From the NCBI RefSeq assembly GCF_001564455.1, contig NZ_CP011391.1, positions 1,890,001-1,922,000 on the forward strand: a stretch of 32,000 nt of DNA. Direction: 5' to 3'. Position 1 is the stretch's first letter; the number at the start of each line of letters is the position of its first letter. The DNA is from Faecalibaculum rodentium (GTDB lineage: Bacteria; Bacillota_I; Bacilli_A; Erysipelotrichales; Erysipelotrichaceae). Below the pieces are notes generated by a model, which saw nothing but the letters and a program-made list of their open reading frames with translations, made no database searches and was not told the origin of the DNA. The translations under genes were made by a program, and so were the position numbers. Shown one piece after another: positions 1 to 7,212 of this stretch.

Positions 1-326
1 TGATTGGCGACGCCAATGATGACGCACTCCTTCTCCAGACCGGCAAGCTGAACCAGGCCGGCGGGAATCAGAATTCTTCCCTGTCCGTCCAGGTCGCATT
101 CGGCGGCTTTGGACAGCATCATCCGCTGATACATGCGGGCGTCCTTGTTCGTTGAGGGCAAAGTTTTCAGTTTCTCATATACGACCTGCCACTGGGCCAT
201 CGTATAGACATACAAGCAGCCATCCAGTCCACGGTTCACCACGACGGTCTCTCCAAGGTCTTCACGGAACTTCGCGGGCATGATCAATCGCCCCTTACGA
301 TCGATGTTGTGCGCGAATTCCCCCAT
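1..326 (-). CDS. mraZ: Transcriptional regulator MraZ (3' end lies beyond the window start)
   Basis: Absent from the ORF track because it runs off the edge. Translation from the ATG at 326-324 gives [108 protein letters not shown]. This shows the duplicated (K/Q)GR-x-x-IP AbrB/SpoVT-type half-domains typical of MraZ. Confidence 0.85.
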   Translation of the reverse strand, partial: MGEFAHNIDRKGRLIMPAKFREDLGETVVVNRGLDGCLYVYTMAQWQVVYEKLKTLPSTNKDARMYQRMMLSKAAECDLDGQGRILIPAGLVQLAGLEKECVIIGVAN

Positions 327-344
327 GAACACGTGCCATCACCC

Positions 345-408
345 CCACTTCCTGACACAATGCGCTACTTCGTACCACAATGATACCGCAACAGACCCCC
401 CCATACAA
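345..408 (-). promoter_or_regulatory. Putative mraZ promoter plus a 10-bp-phased GTGN repeat array (MraZ-box-like operator)
   Basis: On the minus strand: TTGTAT (408-403), 17 nt, TATCAT (385-380). Downstream are four tetramers exactly 10 bp apart: GTGG 378-375, GTAG 368-365, GTGT 358-355, GTGG 348-345. MraZ proteins bind phased direct repeats at their own promoter. The motif for this taxon is not known to me. Confidence 0.35.
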
Positions 409-416
409 ATCCTTTC

Positions 417-462
417 AAAAAAAAATCCAAAGCCCCGGTATAGCAATGCGCCGGGGCTTTGG
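417..462 (-). terminator. Intrinsic terminator oriented on the minus strand, with no minus-strand gene upstream (orphan)
   Basis: Perfect 12-bp stem CCAAAGCCCCGG (427-438) / CCGGGGCTTTGG (451-462) with a 12-nt loop. On the minus strand it is followed by A then T9 (plus-strand A-run 417-425). On the plus strand no U-run follows. Confidence 0.55.
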
Positions 463-518
463 AAATCTGATACTCTGAAAGTGCAGGCGTCTGCCTGCAG
501 ATACAGGAGAGTGAAAAC

Positions 519-2051
519 ATGAATACTGGACTGCTGTTTGTGCTGGGGCTCTGCCCCATTCTCTGGCTCATCCTCGCCCTGCTCGTGCTGAAATGGCCCA
601 CCTGGAAAGCGGCCGTGGGTTCGGCCCTGCTGGCGGCAATCGAAGCCATGCTGGTCTGGAAGCTTCCGGCGCTGGATACCGGATCCGCCGCCCTGGAGGG
701 CATCATGATGGCCCTCTGGCCCATCGTGGTGGTGATCATTGCCGCGGTCTTTACCTATAACTTATGTGTAAAGACCGGTGCCATGGAAACCATCAAGGGA
801 ATGCTCGCGTCCGTGACCAGTGACAGGCGCCTGCTGGTGCTTCTCATTGCCTGGTGCTTTGGCGGCTTCATGGAAGGCATGGCCGGATTCGGCACCGCCA
901 TTGCCATTCCTGCGGGCATGCTCGCCGCCATGGGATTCGACCCCATTTTTTCGTGTCTTGTCTGCCTGCTTGCCAACGGATTCCCCACGCCCTGGGGCTC
1001 CATCGGCATTCCGACCACGACACTTGCCAACCTGGTGGGACTGGAAAACACCCACCTGTCCTTCGTGGAAAGCCTCCAGTGTGCACCCTTCATGCTGGCC
1101 GTGCCCTTCATCATGATGATGCTCGCCGGCGGAAAGGGCATGAAGTCCCTGAAGGGGATCGGATTCATCACCCTGATGTCCGGTGTCTGCTTTGTGATCC
1201 CGCAGCTGATCGTGTCCTGGTTTGTCGGGGCGGACCTGGCTGTGGTGGTCGGAGCGGTGTGTTCCATGGCCGTTACGATTGTGCTGGCCATGAAAAAGAA
1301 GACACCGCCGGAGTATGAAATGGAAGTGAAGACGGAGAAAAGCCTGACGCTGGACAAGGCGCTGCGTGCCTGGAGTCCGTTCATCATGATTTTCATCCTG
1401 CTGCTGGGCACTTCCAAGCTCGTGGCCCCGGTCAACAGCTGGCTGGCGCAGTTCTCCTCCGCCGTGTCGGTCTACACCGGTGCAGATCCCAACACCATCA
1501 GCTTTGTCTGGATCAACACCCCCGGTGTATGGATCTTTCTGTCGGCCATAGTCGGCGGTCTGATCCAGCACGCATCCTGGGAGGACTTCCGGTCCGTGTT
1601 TGTGGCCACTGTCAAACAGATGACCCCGACAATCATCACCATGTGCAGCGTGCTGGCCACCGCCAAGATCATGTCCTATTCCGGCATGATTGGGGACATC
1701 GCAGCGTTCTGCATTGCTGTCACCGGTTCCTTCTATACCATCTTCGCTCCGTGGCTCGGGTGCCTGGGCTGCTTTGTCACGGGATCTGGCACGAGCTCCG
1801 GCCTGCTCTTCGGCCAGGTGCAGATGGATGCCGCAACTGCCCTGAACATGGATCCGTTCTGGGTCGTGGGCCTCAACATGCTGGGTGTCGGCGTGGGCAA
1901 GATGCTGTCCCCGCAAAGCATTGCCATTGCCCTGTCAGCCGTCGGCCGCACGGGCAGAGATTCGGAGCTGCTGAAAAAGGTGCTGCCCTATGGGGCAGTG
2001 CTGCTGGTGTTGACAAGCCTGGTGGGATACTTCGGCAGCATCCTGCTGTAA
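519..2051 (+). CDS. lctP: L-lactate permease (LctP/LldP family)
   Basis: 510-aa polytopic membrane ORF. The N-terminus LCPILWLILALLVLKWPTWKAAVGSALLAAIEAMLVWKLP and overall layout match the lactate permease family. RBS AGGAGAG lies 7 nt upstream of the ATG. Confidence 0.88.
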   Translation: MNTGLLFVLGLCPILWLILALLVLKWPTWKAAVGSALLAAIEAMLVWKLPALDTGSAALEGIMMALWPIVVVIIAAVFTYNLCVKTGAMETIKGMLASVTSDRRLLVLLIAWCFGGFMEGMAGFGTAIAIPAGMLAAMGFDPIFSCLVCLLANGFPTPWGSIGIPTTTLANLVGLENTHLSFVESLQCAPFMLAVPFIMMMLAGGKGMKSLKGIGFITLMSGVCFVIPQLIVSWFVGADLAVVVGAVCSMAVTIVLAMKKKTPPEYEMEVKTEKSLTLDKALRAWSPFIMIFILLLGTSKLVAPVNSWLAQFSSAVSVYTGADPNTISFVWINTPGVWIFLSAIVGGLIQHASWEDFRSVFVATVKQMTPTIITMCSVLATAKIMSYSGMIGDIAAFCIAVTGSFYTIFAPWLGCLGCFVTGSGTSSGLLFGQVQMDAATALNMDPFWVVGLNMLGVGVGKMLSPQSIAIALSAVGRTGRDSELLKKVLPYGAVLLVLTSLVGYFGSILL

Positions 2052-2061
2052 GGGTGCATCC

Positions 2062-2610
2062 ATGATTTACTGGGAACTGTTCTGGACGTTCGCCAAAATC
2101 GGCGCCTTCACCTTCGGCGGAGGGTATGCCATGCTGCCGATGATCCAGGCCGAGGTGGTGAGCAAAAAACACTGGGCGACGGATGACGACATCCTGGACT
2201 ACTTCGCAGTGGGGCAGTGCACGCCGGGGGTCATTGCGGTGAACACCGCCAGTTTCGTGGGCTATTACCGCAAGGGCATCCCCGGGTGCATCGCCGCAAC
2301 CCTGGGTGTGATTTTCCCGAGTCTGGTGATCATTCTGGTCATTGCGGCGCTGTTGTCCAGCTTTGCCTCGATTCCTCTCGTGCAGCATGCCCTGGGCGGG
2401 ATCCGCATTGCAGTGGCGGTGCTGATCGTGCAGGCGGTCTACAAAATGGGAAAAGCCGGGATCACAAACGGTTTCGGCTGGATCGTTGCCCTGGCGGCGT
2501 TTGCCATCGCTGGATTTACGTCTGTGCCGACGATCGTCATCGTGATGCTGGCAGCAGCAGCCGGGGTGCTGTGGCAGCTGCATATCACCCGGAAGGGAGT
2601 GCAGTCATGA
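2062..2610 (+). CDS. chrA: Chromate transporter family protein (ChrA half-size, first of pair)
   Basis: 182 aa. FAKIGAFTFGGGYAMLPMIQAEVV is the characteristic ChrA GGG-x-A-x-(L/I)P motif. Half-size ChrA genes usually occur as adjacent pairs. Confidence 0.85.
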   Translation: MIYWELFWTFAKIGAFTFGGGYAMLPMIQAEVVSKKHWATDDDILDYFAVGQCTPGVIAVNTASFVGYYRKGIPGCIAATLGVIFPSLVIILVIAALLSSFASIPLVQHALGGIRIAVAVLIVQAVYKMGKAGITNGFGWIVALAAFAIAGFTSVPTIVIVMLAAAAGVLWQLHITRKGVQS

Positions 2611-3158
2611 GCTGGAAACTGCTGCTGACACTGTTCTTCGAATTCTTCAAGACCGGGTTGTTTGCCGTCGGCGGAGGCCTGGCGACGATTCCGTTCCTGC
2701 AGGAGATGATGAACAAATATCACTGGTTCAGCACATCGGATCTCATGAACATGATTGCTGTCAGCGAGTCCACCCCGGGTCCCATCGGTGTGAACATGGC
2801 CACTTATGTGGGCTACCATGTCACAGGCGGCCACATTCTGGGGGCGGTGACCACGACCATCGGACTGGTGATGCCGTCGGTGATCATCATCTGCATCATT
2901 GCGAAGTTCCTGCAGAAGTTCCGCACCAATCACTGGGTGAACGATGTGTTCTCGGGACTGCGGCCGGCGGTGACGGGACTGATTGCGGCGACCGGGATTT
3001 CGGTGCTTCAGGCGGCGCTGATGCCGGGATCCGGTCTCGACTGGATCCGGGTGGCGGTGTTTGTGGCTGCAGGCGCCTTTGTCCTGTACTTCAAAAAGCT
3101 GCATCCCATTGTGCTGATCTCGCTTTGCACGGTGGCGGGCATCGTGCTGCAGCTTTAG
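2607..3158 (+). CDS. chrA: Chromate transporter family protein (ChrA half-size, second of pair)
   Basis: The start ATG at 2607 overlaps the upstream TGA (ATGA). MSWKLLLTLFFEFFKTGLFAVGGGLATIPFLQEMM repeats the ChrA motif. The track ORF 2217..3158 is an upstream extension in the same frame that I do not accept. Confidence 0.85.
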   Translation: MSWKLLLTLFFEFFKTGLFAVGGGLATIPFLQEMMNKYHWFSTSDLMNMIAVSESTPGPIGVNMATYVGYHVTGGHILGAVTTTIGLVMPSVIIICIIAKFLQKFRTNHWVNDVFSGLRPAVTGLIAATGISVLQAALMPGSGLDWIRVAVFVAAGAFVLYFKKLHPIVLISLCTVAGIVLQL

Positions 3159-3220
3159 AAACGGTTTCAGGCACCGGGGGAGCAGATTTCCGGTCCTGAA
3201 CTGTACAAAAAGAAACAGGA

Positions 3221-3285
3221 AAAAGCCATCGGCTCTTCCCGCCTGCATCACTGTGCAGGTCCGGGAAAAGACGATGGCTTTTTGT
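3221..3285 (+). terminator. Compound hairpin terminator after the chrA pair
   Basis: AAAAGCCATCG (3221-3231) pairs with CGATGGCTTTT (3272-3282). An inner hairpin is CCTGCA (3242-3247) / TGCAGG (3254-3259). T-run at 3279-3283. Confidence 0.5.
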
Positions 3286-3676
3286 GTACGGCTGAAGTAT
3301 AGCCACAGGCCAGATCCGCAGAACGCATCGACCATGCAGATCCTCTCCGGAGCGGGCCCCGTTTCAGGACAGGCAGTCAGGTTTTTTTGCAAGAAGAAAG
3401 AAAACCGTCCGTCGCTTCTGTGGATGGAGAAGCTCCGGCCGGTCTTCGCTGGTCTCATTCCGATAAGAACCTCCCGTCTGTCATGCAGCATGAACGCGTG
3501 AAGAGTCCGGGTGCAGCACTGCCCCTCTATCGGATTGCCCGATTACAGTATAATGCAATGTGACACAGGATGTGACTGTCATGCACACAGCTGTCCCTTC
3601 TGTCGGTAGGTCCGGGCAAATGATTTTTTTCAGGGAAGACAGGGACGGCCACATACCGCATCCTGTTCAGAGAAAA

Positions 3677-3733
3677 GGGGCTGTAATCAGCCTGCAGACC
3701 GTAAAACCGGCCTTACTGTTACAGCCCCTTTTT
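3677..3733. terminator. Bidirectional hairpin terminator (serves the minus-strand ORF 3742..4167)
   Basis: GGGGCTGTAA (3677-3686) pairs with TTACAGCCCC (3719-3728). It is flanked by AAAA upstream and TTTTT downstream, so a U-run follows on either strand. Confidence 0.6.
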
Positions 3734-3741
3734 GTCCGGAT

Positions 3742-4167
3742 TCAGTCTGCCTGCAGCGTGCAGTTCTGCTTGAAAAACAGCGTCTGCGCCTCCTTCAGCG
3801 TCAGGTGCATGGTGGCAAGCAGCGGGGAATCTGTGTCGGACCCGTAATAGGCGCCGGTATCCGTGACCCGCAGACCCGTAAAGATCAGGTTGCCGGCATT
3901 CACGCCGTAATAGACTTCACAGCCTGCATCGGGACCTGCAGCCTGAATGCAGTCCCGGATATCGTCCAGGATATTTGCAGCCGGATAGGACAGCGACGGC
4001 AGGTCATTGAACCATGTCAGCGCCGCATCCCAGACCGTACCGGTGGCTTCGTCTTTGTCCATCAGCTCCCGGATGGATCCGGGCTCCAGCTGCAAAGCCT
4101 TCTCCAGATCCTGTTCATTCATGCCGTTGGCCGTCAGCATCTGCGGCAGCCACTTTGAGGGAGTCAA
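3742..4167 (-). CDS. Hypothetical protein with a possible N-terminal HTH-like segment
   Basis: 141-aa ORF with codon usage like its neighbours. The track start is a TTG forming TTGA with the fprA stop; internal ATGs (MLTANG, MNEQDL) are alternatives. LTANGMNEQDLEKALQLEPGSIRELM resembles helix 2, turn and helix 3 of XRE-type HTH domains. I recognise no family for the C-terminal 100 aa. Confidence 0.55.
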   Translation of the reverse strand: MTPSKWLPQMLTANGMNEQDLEKALQLEPGSIRELMDKDEATGTVWDAALTWFNDLPSLSYPAANILDDIRDCIQAAGPDAGCEVYYGVNAGNLIFTGLRVTDTGAYYGSDTDSPLLATMHLTLKEAQTLFFKQNCTLQAD

Positions 4168-5330
4168 GCCTTAACCAGCTGCTCAGCCAGAGCCTGCAGC
4201 TTTGCCTTGTCTTCCTCCTTCATGCGGCCTTTGATCGTCACCACGGGTTCAATCACCGTGATGTCCTTCATCTCCGCCAGTTCTGCCTTGATGGCCTTCG
4301 CGGCAGCCGGGCTCCAGGATCCGTTTTCCACAATGGCAACCGTGCGCTTCTGCCATGCCTTGTGCTTCAGGGTGTTCAGCAGGCGCTCCATGGCCGGGAA
4401 CATGCCCATATTGTAGGTGGAGCTGGCCAGCACGGTCTTCGGGCAGCGGAAGGCTTCCGCCATCACCTGGTGCACATCCTGCCGTGTCAGGTCCCGCAGG
4501 ATGACATTCTGTCCCATGTTTTCCAGGACATCCTTCAGGTATTCGCACGCCTTGAAGGTTCCGCCATACGCGCAGGCGCAGGCAATCAGGATCGCATCCT
4601 GATCCGGTTCGTACCGGCTCCACTTGTCATACAGACCGATGTACTTGCCCAGGTCCTCCTTCAGGACCGGGCCATGCAGCGGACAGATCGTCTCGATGTC
4701 CAGCGTGGCGGCTTTCTTCAGCACTCCCTGCACCTGGGGGCCATATTTGCCCACGATATTGAAATAGTAGCGGGCCGCTTCCGGTTCCCACTCATCCTGG
4801 ATGTCCAGGGTCCCGAACTTGCCGAACCCGTCTGCAGAGAACAGCACTTTGTCTTCGGGAACATAGGTCATCATGACCTCCGGCCAGTGCACCATGGGAG
4901 CGAACACAAACTTCAGGTGTTTGCCGCCCAGATCCAGTTCATCGCCTTCCTTCACTTCCACCTTGCGGTCTTCCAGGTCGTCAATGGTGAAGTAATTGGG
5001 CAGCATCCGGAATGTCGTGGCATTGCCCACGATCTTCATGTCCGGATACTTCTCTGCCAGCAGACCGATGTTCGCCGCATGGTCGGGCTCCAGGTGGGAA
5101 ACAACCAGGTAATCCGGCGTCCTGCCATCCAGTGCCTCTTCCATCTTTGCAAGCCATTCACCGGTCTTTCTGGCATCTATGGTATCCATGATTACGGTCT
5201 TGTCTTTGCCCTTCACCACATACGAGTTGTAGGCCACACCATTGGGAACGGTGTACTGGGATTCAAACAGATCGAGGTTGGGATCGTCTGCCCCGATATA
5301 AACAATATCCTCATTGATCAGCTGTTTCAT
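4164..5330 (-). CDS. fprA: FprA-family flavodiiron protein (metallo-beta-lactamase-like plus flavodoxin domains)
   Basis: 388 aa. The di-iron ligand motif SHLEPDHA, N-terminus YIGADDPNLDLFESQYTVPNGVAYNSYVV and a C-terminal flavodoxin-like domain (ILIACACAYGGT) are present. Strong RBS AGGAGG. Confidence 0.9.
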   Translation of the reverse strand: MKQLINEDIVYIGADDPNLDLFESQYTVPNGVAYNSYVVKGKDKTVIMDTIDARKTGEWLAKMEEALDGRTPDYLVVSHLEPDHAANIGLLAEKYPDMKIVGNATTFRMLPNYFTIDDLEDRKVEVKEGDELDLGGKHLKFVFAPMVHWPEVMMTYVPEDKVLFSADGFGKFGTLDIQDEWEPEAARYYFNIVGKYGPQVQGVLKKAATLDIETICPLHGPVLKEDLGKYIGLYDKWSRYEPDQDAILIACACAYGGTFKACEYLKDVLENMGQNVILRDLTRQDVHQVMAEAFRCPKTVLASSTYNMGMFPAMERLLNTLKHKAWQKRTVAIVENGSWSPAAAKAIKAELAEMKDITVIEPVVTIKGRMKEEDKAKLQALAEQLVKA

Positions 5331-5386
5331 ACTACCTCCTGTATGACAGGCCTCTGCTGTGAACGCTGCCTGTCCTGCTCTATTGA

Positions 5387-6319
5387 TTATACGTCAGTTT
5401 CCGGGTCTCTGGATGTTACCAGAAACGTCAGTATGTCATTCATGACCACCCGGGCCTCTTTCTCCAGCAATATCTCATGCCGCATAGCCGGATACAGTGT
5501 CCCACGCACATCCTGGTAGCCCAGGGTGCGCAGAAAATCCTGTTCGGCGATCCATTTCTGACGGGATCCGATGACCGGGTCATCCTCGCCGGCTATGAAG
5601 AACACCGGCAGATCCGGGTGTTTCATCTGCCAGCCCTTCGGACTGTAGACATCCCGCACGAGGCTGAACAGGTTCATGTACCCGTTGAGCGTGAAATGGA
5701 ACCCGTCCAGGGGATGGTCGTTGAACGCCTGCACATTCTCTTCATTGGCCGAAAGCCAGGCATTGCCGCCGAATTTGCGGCCAAAGGCCCCATCCGCCAG
5801 TTCGTGTATGAACCGCGAGCGGTGGCGGCCGCCCCTGACTTTCGCCAGGGTCCTGGCCAGCACCAGTCCCGCCTGTGCACCCGGATTGTTCCAGGGGGCC
5901 CCGGAGAGAATCAGCGCCGAGATCTGGTCGTCATGGGTCTTCAGATACTTGCGGGCCACGAGCGATCCCATGGAATGCCCCAGCAGCGTGACGGGCACAT
6001 CCCTGAACCGGGCCCGGATGCCGCAGGTGACCTGATGGAGGTCTTCGACAATGGCCTCTCCGTCTTCGTCCCCGAAAAATCCCAGGGTGCCGGACTCCAG
6101 CGCCTGCTGTCCGTGTCCCCGGTGGTCATGGATCACCGCCCCATAGCCCCGTGCGGCGAGAAACTCCATGAACGGCAGATACCGCTCCTTGTGCTCGCAC
6201 ATGCCATGGGAGATCTGCACGATGCCTGACAGCGTCCCGGGATCATCCGGGAGGGTCAGCAAGACGTCCAGCGGCAGGCCATCCTGCCGGGAGGTCAGGG
6301 AAAAGTGTTCGGTTTTCAT
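5387..6319 (-). CDS. Alpha/beta hydrolase (lysophospholipase / monoacylglycerol lipase-like)
   Basis: 310 aa. Contains the nucleophile elbow GHSMGS, the HGMCEH oxyanion-region motif typical of this lipase subfamily, and a late HEIL histidine. Confidence 0.85.
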   Translation of the reverse strand: MKTEHFSLTSRQDGLPLDVLLTLPDDPGTLSGIVQISHGMCEHKERYLPFMEFLAARGYGAVIHDHRGHGQQALESGTLGFFGDEDGEAIVEDLHQVTCGIRARFRDVPVTLLGHSMGSLVARKYLKTHDDQISALILSGAPWNNPGAQAGLVLARTLAKVRGGRHRSRFIHELADGAFGRKFGGNAWLSANEENVQAFNDHPLDGFHFTLNGYMNLFSLVRDVYSPKGWQMKHPDLPVFFIAGEDDPVIGSRQKWIAEQDFLRTLGYQDVRGTLYPAMRHEILLEKEARVVMNDILTFLVTSRDPETDV

Positions 6320-6951
6320 TGCAGTTGGCGCTCCCTTCTTCTGTTCCGTGCCATGAGAAAGCTGGTGACCACATCACAGACCGGGATCAGCAGCAGCACC
6401 GTCCGGATCAGGAACAGCTTCGGCGTAAGATTCGAAGACTCAATGCTGCGGTACATGCCCGCCATGTCATAGGCACTGGTGATCAGCAGCATGGTATAGG
6501 CAATACCCAGAAACACCGGTACCCCTGTATCTGCCGTGAGGTAGATGTGGATGCATTCCAGGGGAAGCAGACACAGCTTGCCGGCAAAGGCCGCATCATA
6601 CAGCTGGGTGGTGCCGGCTGTTTTCTTTCCCGCAAACAGGAACACCAGGTTCACGATGAGCAGAATGTAATAGAAAATCAGCAGGGCACCACTGGCTGTC
6701 AGGTAAAACAGCTGGATTTCGCTGATCAGAGCCGCAAGCGGCAGCCACAGGATATACTGCCTGTCAAACCACGCGGCCAGGATCATGAGGATCATCGTCG
6801 CTGCCAGAAGCAGGGCGGAGACCAGCATGTTCGGGAAGACCAGTAGCAGCAGACTCTGGATCAGCAGCAGACAGACGGCCCACCGCAGGCATTTTGCTGC
6901 CAGTGGCGGATTTGCGTTACCAGCTGAGAACATAAACCACCACAATGGCAA
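6316..6951 (-). CDS. Polytopic membrane protein, unknown function
   Basis: ORF of about 205-211 aa with 6 or more hydrophobic segments. It overlaps the hydrolase start by 4 bp. The track start 6951 is a TTG; the ATG at 6933 (MFSAGNAN) is an alternative. Confidence 0.6.
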   Translation of the reverse strand: MPLWWFMFSAGNANPPLAAKCLRWAVCLLLIQSLLLLVFPNMLVSALLLAATMILMILAAWFDRQYILWLPLAALISEIQLFYLTASGALLIFYYILLIVNLVFLFAGKKTAGTTQLYDAAFAGKLCLLPLECIHIYLTADTGVPVFLGIAYTMLLITSAYDMAGMYRSIESSNLTPKLFLIRTVLLLIPVCDVVTSFLMARNRRRERQLQ

Positions 6952-7024
6952 TCACAAGAACAAGCGCAGTCAGCGCCATCCACCGGCTTCGTCCGGATTC
7001 CGTTTTTCCTTCATATTTGTCCAT
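6917..7024 (-). CDS. Possible 35-aa single-pass membrane peptide
   Basis: MDKYEGKTESGRSRWMALTALVLVIAIVVVYVLSW: a charged N-terminus followed by one TM helix. The ATG at 7024 lies 7 nt downstream of a TATAAT box. It overlaps the next ORF. This is the internal-ATG version of track ORF 6917..7105. Confidence 0.3.
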   Translation of the reverse strand: MDKYEGKTESGRSRWMALTALVLVIAIVVVYVLSW

Positions 7025-7030
7025 GCATCC

Positions 7031-7059
7031 ATTATAAAAGGTTTGTCTTTTCCTGTCTT
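7031..7059 (-). promoter_or_regulatory. Putative sigma-70-type promoter for the membrane/hydrolase genes
   Basis: On the minus strand: AAGACA (7059-7054), 17 nt, TATAAT (7036-7031). The predicted start site coincides with the A of the ATG at 7024. Confidence 0.35.
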
Positions 7060-7120
7060 CCACCAGCAGAGCCGGTGTGTGCAGACTGCCACTCGCAAAG
7101 GGCACGGCCCTGCAGACACA

Positions 7121-7197
7121 ATAGAGTAGGGAGAGACAGGTTAGTTCTGCCCCTCCCTCTCACACCACCGTACGTACGGATCCGTATACGGCGGTTC
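7121..7197 (-). ncRNA. Group II intron domains V and VI (ribozyme core)
   Basis: Domain V spans 7195-7164. It has a 9-bp lower helix that includes C-G-C with a G.U wobble (7192 with 7167), a 2-nt bulge (7174-7173), a 4-bp upper helix and the tetraloop GAUC. Domain VI spans 7161-7124: GAG-AGGGAGGGGCAG, loop AACTAAC, then CTGTCTCTCCCT-A-CTC. The bulged A at 7127 is the 7th nt from the 3' end. Confidence 0.75.
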
Positions 7198-7212
7198 ATG
7201 TCTACATAACAC

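Noticed and set aside
2217-2606. Upstream extension of the second chrA ORF (313-aa version).
   Set aside because: It overlaps the first chrA gene in another frame. The conserved ChrA N-terminus starts at MSWKLLL (2607) with the ATGA coupling.
3253-3847. Track ORFs 3253..3501 and 3560..3847 in the non-coding gap.
   Set aside because: They have no RBS and run through terminator hairpins. One overlaps the opposite-strand ORF 3742..4167. Composition is atypical compared with neighbouring genes.
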